The translations under genes were made by a program, and so were the position numbers. Shown one piece after another: positions 9,095-19,385 of a stretch of 64,000 nt of DNA. The notes under the pieces were generated by a model. That model saw only the letters and a list, made by a program, of their open reading frames with translations, had not been told where the DNA came from and made no database searches. The stretch comes from Candidatus Melainabacteria bacterium (GTDB taxonomy: Bacteria > Cyanobacteriota > Vampirovibrionia > LMEP-6097): positions 84,600 to 148,599 of the forward strand of contig DUDT01000012.1 of NCBI GenBank assembly GCA_005110385.1, in the 5' to 3' direction. Positions within the stretch are counted from its first letter, which is position 1, and the number at the start of each line of letters is the position of its first letter.

Positions 9095-9394
9095 TTAAAC
9101 TTCAGGGAAATATTTAATATGACCGCCATCAATAGTAACGATAGCTTTCTTACCATCTTTAGGCTTAGTTCTGCCTTTAACACTTCTTCTTGAAGAACCA
9201 AACATCTTAGCGATATTTATTTTTTTAACTTTAACGTCTGGGAAAAGCTCTTCGATAGCTTCTTTGATCTGAAATTTATTTGCATGAGCGTCTACTTCAA
9301 AAGTAAATTTACTCATTTCAGACATATTAGTAGACTTCTCAGTAATGATAGGTCTTTTGATTATATAAACTGCTTTACTAGATTTTAATGCCAT
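9095..9394 (-). CDS. rplW: 50S ribosomal protein L23
   Basis: 99 aa; IIKRPIITEKS start and KKAIVT motif typical of uL23; lies directly downstream of rplD. Confidence 0.9.
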   Translation of the reverse strand: MALKSSKAVYIIKRPIITEKSTNMSEMSKFTFEVDAHANKFQIKEAIEELFPDVKVKKINIAKMFGSSRRSVKGRTKPKDGKKAIVTIDGGHIKYFPEV

Positions 9395-9406
9395 GATTTA
9401 AATTCC

Positions 9407-10072
9407 TTACTTAGCCTCAACCCCTACAAACATCTGGAAGCGCTCTTCAGCTTCCTTCAGTGCTTTATTCGTGATGAGAATTTTCTCTGCTTTAAGCATA
9501 TCAACTACGTTTAAACGATCAGAAGTAATAAATTTCACTCTAGCAATGTTCCCAGAAGCTCTTTTTAATAAATCTAAATTTACTGCATTCGTTTCTACTA
9601 CGATTAAAAGTCCAGTATTATTAAGACCTAAAGCAGTTAGGATCTGAAGCATCTCTTTAGTTTTACCTTCTTGGATTTCTAAAGTTTCTAATGCTACTAA
9701 ATTTCCTTTATTGATAACTTGAAGAAGAGCAGATAGAACAGCTTTCTTACTAGCTTTTTTATTTAAATTCTTAATGTAATTCTCTCTACCAGTAGGTCCG
9801 AACATGACACCGCCGCCTCTCCATAGAGGTGAATTCGAGCTACCAGCTCTTGCTCTACCAGTACCTTTCTGTTTCCAAGGCTTAGCTCCACCACCACGTA
9901 CTTCTGCTCTAGTTTTACATTTGGCATGAGCACTTCTTTCATTTGCTTGCTGTCTAACTGCTGCTAAATATATTAAGTGCTTATTAGGCTCTATACTAAG
10001 CAGGCTAGAATCGAAATCCGCTGTGTTTTTAGTTTCTTTACCGTTTTGATCTAATAGTTTTATTGAGGACAT
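9407..10072 (-). CDS. rplD: 50S ribosomal protein L4
   Basis: GGGAKPWKQKGTGRARAGSSNSPLWRGGGVMFGP, the uL4 signature. Confidence 0.9.
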   Translation of the reverse strand: MSSIKLLDQNGKETKNTADFDSSLLSIEPNKHLIYLAAVRQQANERSAHAKCKTRAEVRGGGAKPWKQKGTGRARAGSSNSPLWRGGGVMFGPTGRENYIKNLNKKASKKAVLSALLQVINKGNLVALETLEIQEGKTKEMLQILTALGLNNTGLLIVVETNAVNLDLLKRASGNIARVKFITSDRLNVVDMLKAEKILITNKALKEAEERFQMFVGVEAK

Positions 10073-10116
10073 GACTGATTACCTTGAATTTTATACAAGA
10101 CTAAATATTATAACAC

Positions 10117-11637
10117 TTAGAGAAAGAGATTCTCTTTGAATTTATTAAGACTTTCTAGAAGTTCCTTAACGATATCATCGTCCCATGAATCTCCTCTATC
10201 AAGCTTTTCTTTAAGTGCTTTATGATTAGCTGCGAAATACTCGAACCAGCCTTTCTTGAATTCTGTGATTTTCGTATCATCGATGCTGTCCAGAATGCCT
10301 TGTCCAGCAGCAAATATCAAAGAAACTTCCTCGCCTACTGTAAGCGGAGAGAATTCATCTTGAATTAGAACTTTTACTGATTTTCTACCACGAGTGATCT
10401 GTCTCTGTGTCGCTGGATCTAAGTCTGAAGCGAACTGTGCGAAAGCTTCAAGCTCTTTAAATTGAGCTAGTTCAAGCCTAAGCTTACCAGCTACTTTTTT
10501 CATAGCTTTAGTTTGTGCTGCACCACCTACTCTAGATACAGATAGACCTACGTTAATCGCTGGTCTTACACCAGAGTTAAATAGGCCAGTATCTAGGAAT
10601 ATCTGTCCATCAGTAATGGAAATTACGTTAGTCGGGATATAAGCAGATACGTCACCAGCCTGTGTTTCGATAATCGGCAAAGCCGTTATAGAACCAGCTC
10701 CCTCAGCATCAGAAAGCTTACAAGCTCTTTCAAGTAATCTTGAATGGATATAGAATACATCACCTGGATAAGCTTCACGACCTGGTGGTCTTCTTAGAAG
10801 AAGAGACATAGCTCTGTAGGCCCAAGCGTGTCTAGTAAGATCATCATAAATGCAAAGAACATGCTTACCTTGTGCTAGAAAGTACTCTGCAATAGCTACA
10901 CCAGCATATGGTGCTAAAAACTGTAGGGCAGAACTATCTGTAGAACCCGCGTGAACTACGACTGTGTAAGCCATAGCACCAGCATCTTCTAATTTTTTAA
11001 CTGTTCTTGCAACGGAACCCTGTCTTTGGCCGATAGATACATAAACACAGATAGGTCTATCTGCGTCTGGAACATTTTTCTGATTTAAAATAGTATCTAA
11101 TGCGATAGCTGTTTTACCAGTCTGCCTGTCGCCAATGATAAGTTCTCTTTGACCTCTGCCGATAGGGATCATAGCGTCTATAGAGGTAATACCCGTCTGA
11201 AGTGGCTCGTGGACTGATTTACGTTTAACTATCCCCGGAGCTATTTTCTCTAGTGGCATAAATTTATCTATGTGATACTGTTGCTTAGCATCAAGTACTT
11301 TTCCTAATGGATCTACTACTCTGCCTAGAATTTCATGGCTAACACCTATAGAAGCTAATTTACCTGTGGATTTAACTTGAGTACCTTCTTTAATACCCTC
11401 ACCTTGACCGAGAAGAACGACACCTACGTTATCTTCTTCTAAGTTAATAACCATGCCGTTAGTACCGTCATCGAATTCTACTAGTTCACCATTAACAGCG
11501 GTACTCAGTCCATAGATTCTAGTAATACCATCACCAGCACTGAGAACAGAACCTACGTTATGTGAGATCTGTGTGTCAGGGAAGTTCTGGATTTGTTGTT
11601 TGATAATTTGGGTAATTTCTTCGGGTTTGATAGCCAT
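10117..11637 (-). CDS. atpA: F1 ATP synthase alpha subunit
   Basis: 506 aa; Walker A GDRQTGKT; full-length resemblance to AtpA, including the N-terminal beta-barrel and the C-terminal helical domain. Confidence 0.92.
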   Translation of the reverse strand: MAIKPEEITQIIKQQIQNFPDTQISHNVGSVLSAGDGITRIYGLSTAVNGELVEFDDGTNGMVINLEEDNVGVVLLGQGEGIKEGTQVKSTGKLASIGVSHEILGRVVDPLGKVLDAKQQYHIDKFMPLEKIAPGIVKRKSVHEPLQTGITSIDAMIPIGRGQRELIIGDRQTGKTAIALDTILNQKNVPDADRPICVYVSIGQRQGSVARTVKKLEDAGAMAYTVVVHAGSTDSSALQFLAPYAGVAIAEYFLAQGKHVLCIYDDLTRHAWAYRAMSLLLRRPPGREAYPGDVFYIHSRLLERACKLSDAEGAGSITALPIIETQAGDVSAYIPTNVISITDGQIFLDTGLFNSGVRPAINVGLSVSRVGGAAQTKAMKKVAGKLRLELAQFKELEAFAQFASDLDPATQRQITRGRKSVKVLIQDEFSPLTVGEEVSLIFAAGQGILDSIDDTKITEFKKGWFEYFAANHKALKEKLDRGDSWDDDIVKELLESLNKFKENLFL

Positions 11638-11730
11638 AGGGTAGTTTCCTTATATAAAATCAGTAGTAATGTTAGCAAATTTATTTTGAAATATTGAAAA
11701 AACTCACTTTCTGTTAATATCGAAGATTAG

Positions 11731-13071
11731 ATGTTTAAAAAAATGAGATTTTCAATACCCTTTTCTTTGGCTTTGATTCTCTTTCTTGGGCTCTCAGTCA
11801 GTGCTGATTTTGATAAAAAATGGATTAAAGTTAGCCAAAAAGATTCTAAACACACTGAAGTCGCAACTGAAATGTTGATGAGAAAATGCAAGGATTGCCA
11901 TACTTCTCACACTGAGTACCCTTTTTACTATAATCTTCCGTTTATAAAAGATTTAATAGATCAAGATATAAAGAAAGGTTTAGCTTACTTTAATATGGAA
12001 ATCGAAGTTTTTAATAAAGAGTTCGATTCGGAAATCAGTTCTACTTCCCTAAATAAGATAAAAAGTGTCTTAGAGAATGGCTCTATGCCACCACTCCAGT
12101 ATAAACTTATGCACTGGGATTCTCACTTTAGTGATACTGAGAAGAAGATAGTTACGACTTGGATTAAGGATCTTAGTAATAGTGACTTTATTCCTATCCC
12201 AAGTAAAGAAGATATGGAATTAGACGAGAATTTAGTGCTTCTTGGAGAGAAACTTTTTAGTGATACTAGGTTGTCACGTGATAACACTATATCCTGTGCC
12301 TCTTGCCATGATTTAGCTAAGGGTGGCACTGATCAAATGCAGTTCTCAACAGGTGTTGCTGGTGGTCATGGACGTATTAATTCTCCTACTGTATTTAATT
12401 CTGTTTTCAATATTAAGCAATTTTGGGATGGACGAGCAGAGGATTTAATCGCACAAGCTAGCGGGCCAGTGCATAATCCACTGGAGATGGGTTCTAATTG
12501 GGATGAAGTTGTGGCTAAATTAAGTGCTGATGCTGATTACATAGTCCTGTTTGAGAGTGCCTTTGGCTCACAAGAGATTACTGGAGAGAAAGTAGCAGCT
12601 GCCATTGCTGAATTTGAAAAATCACTAGTTACCCCAGATAATAAGTTCGATTTATATCTGAAGGGTAATGATTACGCACTTTCTGATAAAGAGAAGCAAG
12701 GATTCGAATTATTTAAAAAATATAATTGTAATAATTGTCACCTAGGAGTCTCGGTAGGAGCGAATTCTTTTCAGAAAATGGGCGTCTATAAAGATTATTT
12801 TGCAGATAGGGCTGCAGGGCTTAATGGTTTAAAACAGATGCCCCTTGCGAAGGAAGATTTAGGTAGATTTAATGTAACTAGGGCTGAAGTTGATAGGCAT
12901 GTATTTAAAGTTCCGACTTTAAGAAATATTAAGAAAACTTTTCCTTATTTGCATGATGGGACTATTCGAAGTCTATCTAGAACTGTAGAAATTATGGGTG
13001 AATATCAAGTCGGGAAAACTATTCCGAAGGAAGATGTGACCAAGATAGTACTTTTCTTGAAAACCCTTTAA
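11731..13071 (+). CDS. cytochrome c peroxidase (CCP/MauG family) with an extra N-terminal haem-binding domain
   Basis: Signal peptide; CxxCH motifs CKDCH, CASCH and CNNCH; FWDGRAEDL and PTLRN motifs typical of di-haem CCP. Confidence 0.8.
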   Translation: MFKKMRFSIPFSLALILFLGLSVSADFDKKWIKVSQKDSKHTEVATEMLMRKCKDCHTSHTEYPFYYNLPFIKDLIDQDIKKGLAYFNMEIEVFNKEFDSEISSTSLNKIKSVLENGSMPPLQYKLMHWDSHFSDTEKKIVTTWIKDLSNSDFIPIPSKEDMELDENLVLLGEKLFSDTRLSRDNTISCASCHDLAKGGTDQMQFSTGVAGGHGRINSPTVFNSVFNIKQFWDGRAEDLIAQASGPVHNPLEMGSNWDEVVAKLSADADYIVLFESAFGSQEITGEKVAAAIAEFEKSLVTPDNKFDLYLKGNDYALSDKEKQGFELFKKYNCNNCHLGVSVGANSFQKMGVYKDYFADRAAGLNGLKQMPLAKEDLGRFNVTRAEVDRHVFKVPTLRNIKKTFPYLHDGTIRSLSRTVEIMGEYQVGKTIPKEDVTKIVLFLKTL

Positions 13072-13155
13072 GGCACTATTGCCGAACTCCAATTTCTGCG
13101 TTTTCGTCGTCTTCATGATCCTCAGCCTTGAACTTGTACGTTTGGCAGCAGTGCC
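13072..13155 (-). repeat. ENAE-type miniature inverted-repeat element, complete 84-bp intergenic copy
   Basis: Terminal inverted repeats GGCACTATTGCCGA (13072-) and TTGGCAGCAGTGCC (-13155); core CTCCAATTTCTGCGTTTTCGTCGTCTTCATGATCCTCAGCCTTGAACTTGTACG; starts directly after the ccp TAA. Confidence 0.8.
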
Positions 13156-13205
13156 ACTGTATTTTTCTAAACATTTAGAAGCCTATCTAAGCTAAAATAA
13201 TACGT

Positions 13206-14618
13206 ATGACAGCAGAACTAGAATTATTAATGCCTGGTGGCAGCTTTGAGAAAGTGCGTTATGCACTAGCTTTTGGTGCTGATGCCGTTTATGTTGGTGT
13301 ACCACGTTACAGTCTAAGAGCTAGAGAAAATGATTTTTTTGACATAGACCTAGTGCAGGAGACTGTTGATTATGTACATAAACAAGGTAAAAAAGTTTAT
13401 TTAACCTGTAATATTTATGCACATAACAATAAAATAAAAGGTTTTATGGAAGCTATGAAGGAAATGATGGACTGTAAGCCAGATGCCTTCATTATGACTG
13501 ATCCTGGTCTTATCGCTGAGACTAAAGAGCATTTCCCTGAAGCAGTTATTCATTTATCTACTCAGGCTAATAATACGAACTGGGCTCAGGTTAAATTCTG
13601 GAAAAACTATGGAGTGCAGAGGGTTATTCTTGCACGTGAACTTAATGTCCAGGAAATTAAAGAAATACATGAACACGTGCCAGATATTGAGCTTGAAGCT
13701 TTCGTTCATGGTTCCATCTGTATGGCCTATTCAGGTCGCTGCTTACTTTCTAATTACTTAAGTTACAGAGATGCTAATCAAGGAACTTGCTCACATAGCT
13801 GTAGATGGGGGTTTAAAGTCTATGCTAATGACGATAAAGAAAGATATGAAAAACAGGGCCATTTTGATGATGTTATTACAGAGTATGTGCCACTTGAAGG
13901 TGATTTTTATTTAGAAGAAGGTCAGCGTAAAGGTGAATTTATGAATATAGATGAAGATGAGTATGGTACCTATATTATGAACTCAAAAGATCTCTGTGCG
14001 GTAGATTACATGAAAGACCTTATGGATGCTGGGATAATTAGTTTTAAAGTCGAAGGGCGAAATAAGACTGAGTATTACGCTAGTATCGTAGCGAGAGCTT
14101 ATAAGCGTGCTTTAGATAAACTAAAGACTGGAGCCGTCTTAACAGAACAGGATAGAAGAGAGATTCTCGATGAGCTTTCTACTACTGCTAATCGTGGTTT
14201 TATTCCAGGTTTCTATGCTCGAAACGCTAACGCTAAAGCTCAAGAGTTGGAAAAAGATACATGCATACAGACTCATCTTTATGCTGCTAGATTAGTATCT
14301 TATGATAAAGCCTCTCAGGTAGCTGAACTTGAAATTAAGAACCGTATAGATAAAGGGGATACTCTTACTGTTATTACTCCTAATCAGCAGTTTGATTTTA
14401 ATTTAGACGAGGCTTATTATAAAGGGCATCCAGATTATCTTCCAGAAGATGTAAATGCTAATCAAGTTAAGCTAACAGAGCATCTTCATGGTGGCGGTGA
14501 AAATGCCTTTGTTAAAATTCCCGTGGCTTTAACGGAGGGCTTTGAACATGCGATATTCCGTATGCCTTATAAAGACCCAGTGAGTTTAAAACAGAGATCA
14601 GAAACGTCTTTAGTGTAG
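13206..14618 (+). CDS. U32 family peptidase / tRNA-hydroxylation protein homologue
   Basis: ELLMPGGSFEKVRYALAFGADAVYVG N-terminus and EAFVHGSICMAYSGRCLLSNY, the U32 signature. Confidence 0.8.
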   Translation: MTAELELLMPGGSFEKVRYALAFGADAVYVGVPRYSLRARENDFFDIDLVQETVDYVHKQGKKVYLTCNIYAHNNKIKGFMEAMKEMMDCKPDAFIMTDPGLIAETKEHFPEAVIHLSTQANNTNWAQVKFWKNYGVQRVILARELNVQEIKEIHEHVPDIELEAFVHGSICMAYSGRCLLSNYLSYRDANQGTCSHSCRWGFKVYANDDKERYEKQGHFDDVITEYVPLEGDFYLEEGQRKGEFMNIDEDEYGTYIMNSKDLCAVDYMKDLMDAGIISFKVEGRNKTEYYASIVARAYKRALDKLKTGAVLTEQDRREILDELSTTANRGFIPGFYARNANAKAQELEKDTCIQTHLYAARLVSYDKASQVAELEIKNRIDKGDTLTVITPNQQFDFNLDEAYYKGHPDYLPEDVNANQVKLTEHLHGGGENAFVKIPVALTEGFEHAIFRMPYKDPVSLKQRSETSLV

Positions 14619-14700
14619 GAGACTTCTCTTTTGTTTATAAAAAATTCGATTAATTAAAGAGACCCTGCACAACCATTAGATAAAGATGTTAGAATAATTT

Positions 14701-14725
14701 CATTTTCTGCGTTTTCCTTGTCCTC
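14701..14725 (+). repeat. fragment of an ENAE-type element abutting the stop codon of the GT4 gene
   Basis: CATTTTCTGCGTTTTCCTTGTCCTC matches the element core (TTTCTGCGTTTTCGTCGTC). Confidence 0.5.
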
Positions 14726-15868
14726 TTAAAACCGCTGCTTCTTAAAATTAAATATAAAACTAAAAATAAGCCAAATAGCAGCTATAGAGCCAATTATAAC
14801 TAGGTAACTTATACCTACTTCATAACCGACTTCAAAGCAGCCTAAGCCTCCACAAAAAAGACTCAAAGAGTAAATTAAGTAATTTATTTGCTTATGTGAA
14901 AGTCCTAAATTCTCTAGCTGGTGATGTAGGTGTTCTGAGTCTGGCTTTAAGATATCTTTTTTATTTAGAGATCGCCTTATTATAGTATAGAAGCAGTCTA
15001 GTAGCGGCAATGCGAAGATTAAAATAAGTAATGGCGTTATAATCGCAACTGTGATTTTTTTTGCAAGACCGAGACAGGAAAGGGAAGCAAGGACGAAGCC
15101 GAGAAGATATGAACCGTTATCGCCGAGAAACATTCTAGCGGGATGAAAGTTGTAACGTAGAAAGCCTAAGCTCGCTCCAGCTAAGGTGGCAGCAAGTAGG
15201 GCTGCGTCTGGTCTATAAAGGAGTGGACTTAAGCTAATAGCCCAAATCGCTACTGCTGAAATGACACTTACTCCAGCTGCTAATCCATCTATGCCATCTA
15301 TTAAATTTATGGCGTTACTGATAAGCACGAGGAAAGCCACTGTGATTAAAAAACTGGAAATGGCACCAAGCTTTATGTGTGGGCTCAGGCTGTGATCGAA
15401 ATAATAGAGAGGGTTTGCGAGGAATTTAATTTTCAAACCTAGTAGTGAAGTAATAGAAGCCGCTGAAACTTGTCCAAGAAGTTTCGTTAGGCAGGGTAGT
15501 GGTTTTATATCATCAAGTAAGCCGATTAAGAAAATCATGGTACTGCCAGTGATTATCGCTTCTAGCTCTAAATGCTTAATACCTGCAGGGGTAAATCTGC
15601 CATAGACTATTATAAAAATAACTACAGTAACTGCGGTTGAAATTAATATAGATAATCCACCTAATCTCGGCGTGGAGAGCGTTTTCATTTTATCTCCTAC
15701 GTTTGAGTAGTAGCGCCCAGATTCTAATTCTTTTCTTGTAGTAAAGCCAGCCCTTTCTTTGATGATAGGGGTAAGTATATAAGACAAAAATAAAGCGATG
15801 ATAAAAGCTAATGGTTGAGCTTGGCTCAGATCCACGAAGGTGCTGAATTCATTAAACGGTATATTCAA
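14726..15868 (-). CDS. glycosyltransferase family 4 (MraY/WecA-type polyprenyl-phosphate N-acetylhexosamine-1-phosphate transferase)
   Basis: Multi-pass membrane protein with NAINLIDGIDGLAAG and DDIKPL motifs. Confidence 0.8.
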   Translation of the reverse strand: MNIPFNEFSTFVDLSQAQPLAFIIALFLSYILTPIIKERAGFTTRKELESGRYYSNVGDKMKTLSTPRLGGLSILISTAVTVVIFIIVYGRFTPAGIKHLELEAIITGSTMIFLIGLLDDIKPLPCLTKLLGQVSAASITSLLGLKIKFLANPLYYFDHSLSPHIKLGAISSFLITVAFLVLISNAINLIDGIDGLAAGVSVISAVAIWAISLSPLLYRPDAALLAATLAGASLGFLRYNFHPARMFLGDNGSYLLGFVLASLSCLGLAKKITVAIITPLLILIFALPLLDCFYTIIRRSLNKKDILKPDSEHLHHQLENLGLSHKQINYLIYSLSLFCGGLGCFEVGYEVGISYLVIIGSIAAIWLIFSFIFNFKKQRF

Positions 15869-17297
15869 GTTCGCTTATTACTTCTTTAATAGTTTTTAGG
15901 CAATATTCAAGAGCAGAGACGCTAATTGTATATGGTGGCATAAAGTAAAGAGTATTTCCAAGTGGTCTTAGTAGTATTCCTTTACTTAAAAATTTTTGAT
16001 ATAGCATCGGTCCAAACTCATCAAAATAATTACTTTCTTTCTGAGTCTCGAGCTCAACTACAGCCACTGCTCCCATTATCCTAATATTTCTGACTAGTGG
16101 GTGTAGAAGCAGATCTGGCGTTTTTAAAGCTTGGATCATTTTTGAATTAATGAACTTTACATCGTCTAATCGCTTTTCTTTAGTATATAAATCGAAACTT
16201 GCTATACCAGCGGTGCAGGCAAGGGGGTTCGCTGTATAAGAATGACCATGAAAAAAGGCTTTTAGGCGAGAGTCTGAGTAAAATGCTTCATAGATTTCAT
16301 CGGTACAGAAGGTTAAGCCCATAGGCAAATAACCACCCGTGAGTGCCTTCGATAAGCAGATTATATCTGGTACTATAATCGCTTCTTTACAGGCAAAATC
16401 ATCACCAGTCCTGCCAAAGCCAGTAAACACCTCATCTGCTATTAATAAAACATTATTTTCACGGCTAAGTTTTCTTAGTGATCTTAAGAATTCTACGCTG
16501 TGAAATTTCATTCCACCAGATCCCTGTATTAAAGGCTCTATGATAATAGATGAAAATTTATTAGGGTGTAATTCTAGTAATTTCTCTATCTCTTTTATAC
16601 TTTGTTTACCAGCTTTTTCTATTTCTTTTTCGATAAAAAGCTCATGCTCAGCGATGCTCAGGTTTTTATCTCTGCGCCCAAAATTCGGAGCTGGAGAACT
16701 AACGAAATCTACTGGAAACATCAGGCTTTTAAAAGCCGAATTCATAAATGTACCACTTGTGGACATGCCACCTACAGTATCACCGTGATAACTATCTTTA
16801 AATGCGATAATGCGCTTTTTATTTTCACAATTTTGGTTATGCCAGAACTGAGTCGCCATTTTAATAGCGACTTCTACTGAAGTCGAACCATTATCAGAAA
16901 AAAAAGCACGGTTTAATGTAGGGGCAGTATCGTGAAGATTCGTCATATCTACGCGAGGTAAAATTCTTCGAACACGGTCTACTAGCTCAATAGCTGGTTC
17001 ATGTGTAAAACCTGCGAACATAACGTGTTCTAATTTATCGATCTGCTCTTTAATTTTTTCATTAATATATTTATTACAGTGACCATGTATATTTACCCAC
17101 CACGAAGATACACCATCGATTAATTGAGTTTCTTTGCCCGTTTCGTCTATGACGTTAAGCATCTCATTCCTAGCACTTTTGACTAGAAATTTAGTCGGGT
17201 AAAGCTTTTCCTGTGTAAAGGGGTGCCAAATATTGGAGTGATCTATTGAAAAAAGCTGATTATTAGTTTTAGTATGAAATTCAGCTAAGCTTTGCAT
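15852..17297 (-). CDS. class III pyridoxal-phosphate aminotransferase, BioA-like
   Basis: WWVNIHGH, ADEVFTGFGRTG and SKALTGGYLP (PLP lysine) motifs; 481 aa. Confidence 0.7.
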   Translation of the reverse strand: MQSLAEFHTKTNNQLFSIDHSNIWHPFTQEKLYPTKFLVKSARNEMLNVIDETGKETQLIDGVSSWWVNIHGHCNKYINEKIKEQIDKLEHVMFAGFTHEPAIELVDRVRRILPRVDMTNLHDTAPTLNRAFFSDNGSTSVEVAIKMATQFWHNQNCENKKRIIAFKDSYHGDTVGGMSTSGTFMNSAFKSLMFPVDFVSSPAPNFGRRDKNLSIAEHELFIEKEIEKAGKQSIKEIEKLLELHPNKFSSIIIEPLIQGSGGMKFHSVEFLRSLRKLSRENNVLLIADEVFTGFGRTGDDFACKEAIIVPDIICLSKALTGGYLPMGLTFCTDEIYEAFYSDSRLKAFFHGHSYTANPLACTAGIASFDLYTKEKRLDDVKFINSKMIQALKTPDLLLHPLVRNIRIMGAVAVVELETQKESNYFDEFGPMLYQKFLSKGILLRPLGNTLYFMPPYTISVSALEYCLKTIKEVISELEYTV

Positions 17298-17354
17298 GAT
17301 TATAATTTTAACTTATCCTTAGAGAAGTAAGCTATTCAATTAAGCTTACTTCTT

Positions 17355-17378
17355 GGCACTGTTGCCGAACTCCAATTA
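17355..17378 (-). repeat. truncated ENAE-type element (left terminal repeat only)
   Basis: GGCACTGTTGCCGAACTCCAATT is near-identical to the first 23 nt of the 13072 copy, after which similarity ends. Confidence 0.55.
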
Positions 17379-17705
17379 TTCGACATTGATTAAATTATCT
17401 ACTCTAGTTACACCAAGTATTAATAGTATTTGTCTTTGTTTGTGCCGCTTGGACAGTATTTATGCTGCTCATTGCTGTAAATGCAATAATAGCGAGGTTT
17501 ATTTTTTCATTTTAACTCCTTTTGTTATTTATGAAATTTATTTAGTATGAATTTTTAATTTGCGCTTTAATGATTATAGTATAAATTATTTGAATGCAAA
17601 TTATTAATAGGTGCTTTTGGTGCCAGAGATTTGATCTTTTTAATTTCTTCCATATTGGGTGAGTCTAATCCTAGCAATATATAGTAATTTCTATTAAAAT
17701 TATTT

Positions 17706-18173
17706 TTGCAGAAGGAATATCTTGAATTGTCAAAAACTGAAAAAGACCTAGGTCTTAAAATATTAATGGATCTTAGGAGGATCACGCGTGCGATAGATCT
17801 TAATTCTAAAAAACTATCTTCTGAGACCAGTCTAACAGCACCGCAGGTAGTATCTTTAATTGCAGTTTATCATCACGGGGTACTCACTTTAGCAGAGATA
17901 GCAGAACAAGTGCATTTAAGCTCTAGTACGATGGTTGGCATTATAGACAGGCTTGAAGCTAAAAATTTAGTAATAAGGGAAAGATCTAAAACTGATAGAA
18001 GACAGGTGCTTATTCGTATCACAGATGAAGGTCAGAAAATGGCGAAGAAATCACCATTACCTTTACAGGAAGAGCTTATTAAATCACTCAGCAAGCTACC
18101 AGAAGCACAGCAGAGAAATTTAGCTAAAGCTTTAGAGTTATTAGTGAAAATGCTTGATTTTAAAGATAGTTAA
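17706..18173 (+). CDS. MarR family transcriptional regulator
   Basis: Winged-helix region LTLAEIAEQVHLSSSTMVGIIDRLEAKNLVIRERSKTDRRQVLIRITDEG. Confidence 0.8.
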   Translation: MQKEYLELSKTEKDLGLKILMDLRRITRAIDLNSKKLSSETSLTAPQVVSLIAVYHHGVLTLAEIAEQVHLSSSTMVGIIDRLEAKNLVIRERSKTDRRQVLIRITDEGQKMAKKSPLPLQEELIKSLSKLPEAQQRNLAKALELLVKMLDFKDS

Positions 18174-18688
18174 GCGAGATCTTTTGATGATAATTCTAGC
18201 TTAACTAAATGCTTAACACCATCATTAACTACCCCATCCCCTATGATAATTTCCCCATCCAGCTCAATCGTCCTTCTCTCGCTTGAAACTATATTCTGTG
18301 TATCTGTCTCCAGTACATGCTTTAATGACGTCTGTTTATTGTGAACAGTAATTTCATAACTACTAGATTCATGCTGGTAGTAAATAGTAAAACCATCCCA
18401 GTAGTCTGGAATACAGGGATTAAGTTTTAAAATATTATTTTCGACTGTAAGACCAAGAATCCATTCGATACCAGCTTTATACATCCAAGCCGCTGAGCCA
18501 GTGTACCAGCTCCAGTCACCGCGGCCAGTATGTGGTGCTTCTGAATATACATCTCCAGCCATTACATAAGGCTCAAGTTTATATTTATGGGCGCCTAATC
18601 GCGTATTGCTGTGATTGATTGGATTTAACATGCTGAAACATTCATGAGCTTTTTTCGCATTACGGCACTGTTGCTTAATTAAAATCAC
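18170..18688 (-). pseudogene. C-terminal remnant of a GH94/GT36-type glycoside phosphorylase or cyclic glucan synthase-like gene
   Basis: GRGDWSWYTGSAAWMYKAGIEWILGL motif normally sits near the C-terminus of 800+ aa GH94 enzymes; only ~170 codons remain, and they abut an IS. Confidence 0.55.
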
Positions 18689-18808
18689 AGAAAGGAGTTA
18701 ATGGGAAATGAGGAAAAAGGCTTCAAGTATTGAGTTTGCAGCTCATTAGATTTAATGTTTTATTGATAAGTCAGTAAAAGAGAGGGTTTCAGGCGCAAAT
18801 ATTCCAAA

Positions 18809-19372
18809 TTAGGATACACGTATCCCTAAGAAGCTGAGATGGTCATATATATTTACAAGGGTTTTAAGATTTTGGGATATAGCGTCAAGTGTTTGGTGGA
18901 AAGTAACTTTAGTTAGTCCTCTAAAATATCTGACAGATTGATCTGCATAATGAAAAAGTCCTTCGAAAGGCGATCTTCTTTTAGTTAGCCATAAATCAAG
19001 GTTTTTATTTTTATCTTTGCGATTATTTTTTTTAATAACACCAGAATGAAGCTCTTTATCTGAAAGTGCTTGAAGGAAGTCAGCGGTATCGTAGCCTTTA
19101 TCTGCAAATATCATTCCAAGCGGCGAAAGTACTTTTACCCCAAGCTGTGCATCAGTAAGATTGGCTGGGGAAACATCTATTCCAGTAATCATCCCGTGTT
19201 TCATATCTACAGCCTGAGTTCTTTTGTAGCCGTACCAAAATTTAGAACCGTCTTTACAGCCAATCTTTGCATAAGGGTCTGCAGAATATTTTTCAATATT
19301 TGAATTATTAAGAGTTTTCTGTTTATCTTCTATAGCTTTATCTCGAGCTTCCCAGATATTAGATTTACTCAC
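18809..19372 (-). CDS. IS5-family DDE transposase, C-terminal part (frame stays open upstream to ~19432 without a start)
   Basis: FIDATAV just upstream in the same frame (first catalytic Asp context), DKGYDTADF (second Asp) and a C-terminal E-containing region. Confidence 0.7.
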   Translation of the reverse strand: MSKSNIWEARDKAIEDKQKTLNNSNIEKYSADPYAKIGCKDGSKFWYGYKRTQAVDMKHGMITGIDVSPANLTDAQLGVKVLSPLGMIFADKGYDTADFLQALSDKELHSGVIKKNNRKDKNKNLDLWLTKRRSPFEGLFHYADQSVRYFRGLTKVTFHQTLDAISQNLKTLVNIYDHLSFLGIRVS

Positions 19373-19385
19373 TACTGCTGTAGCA

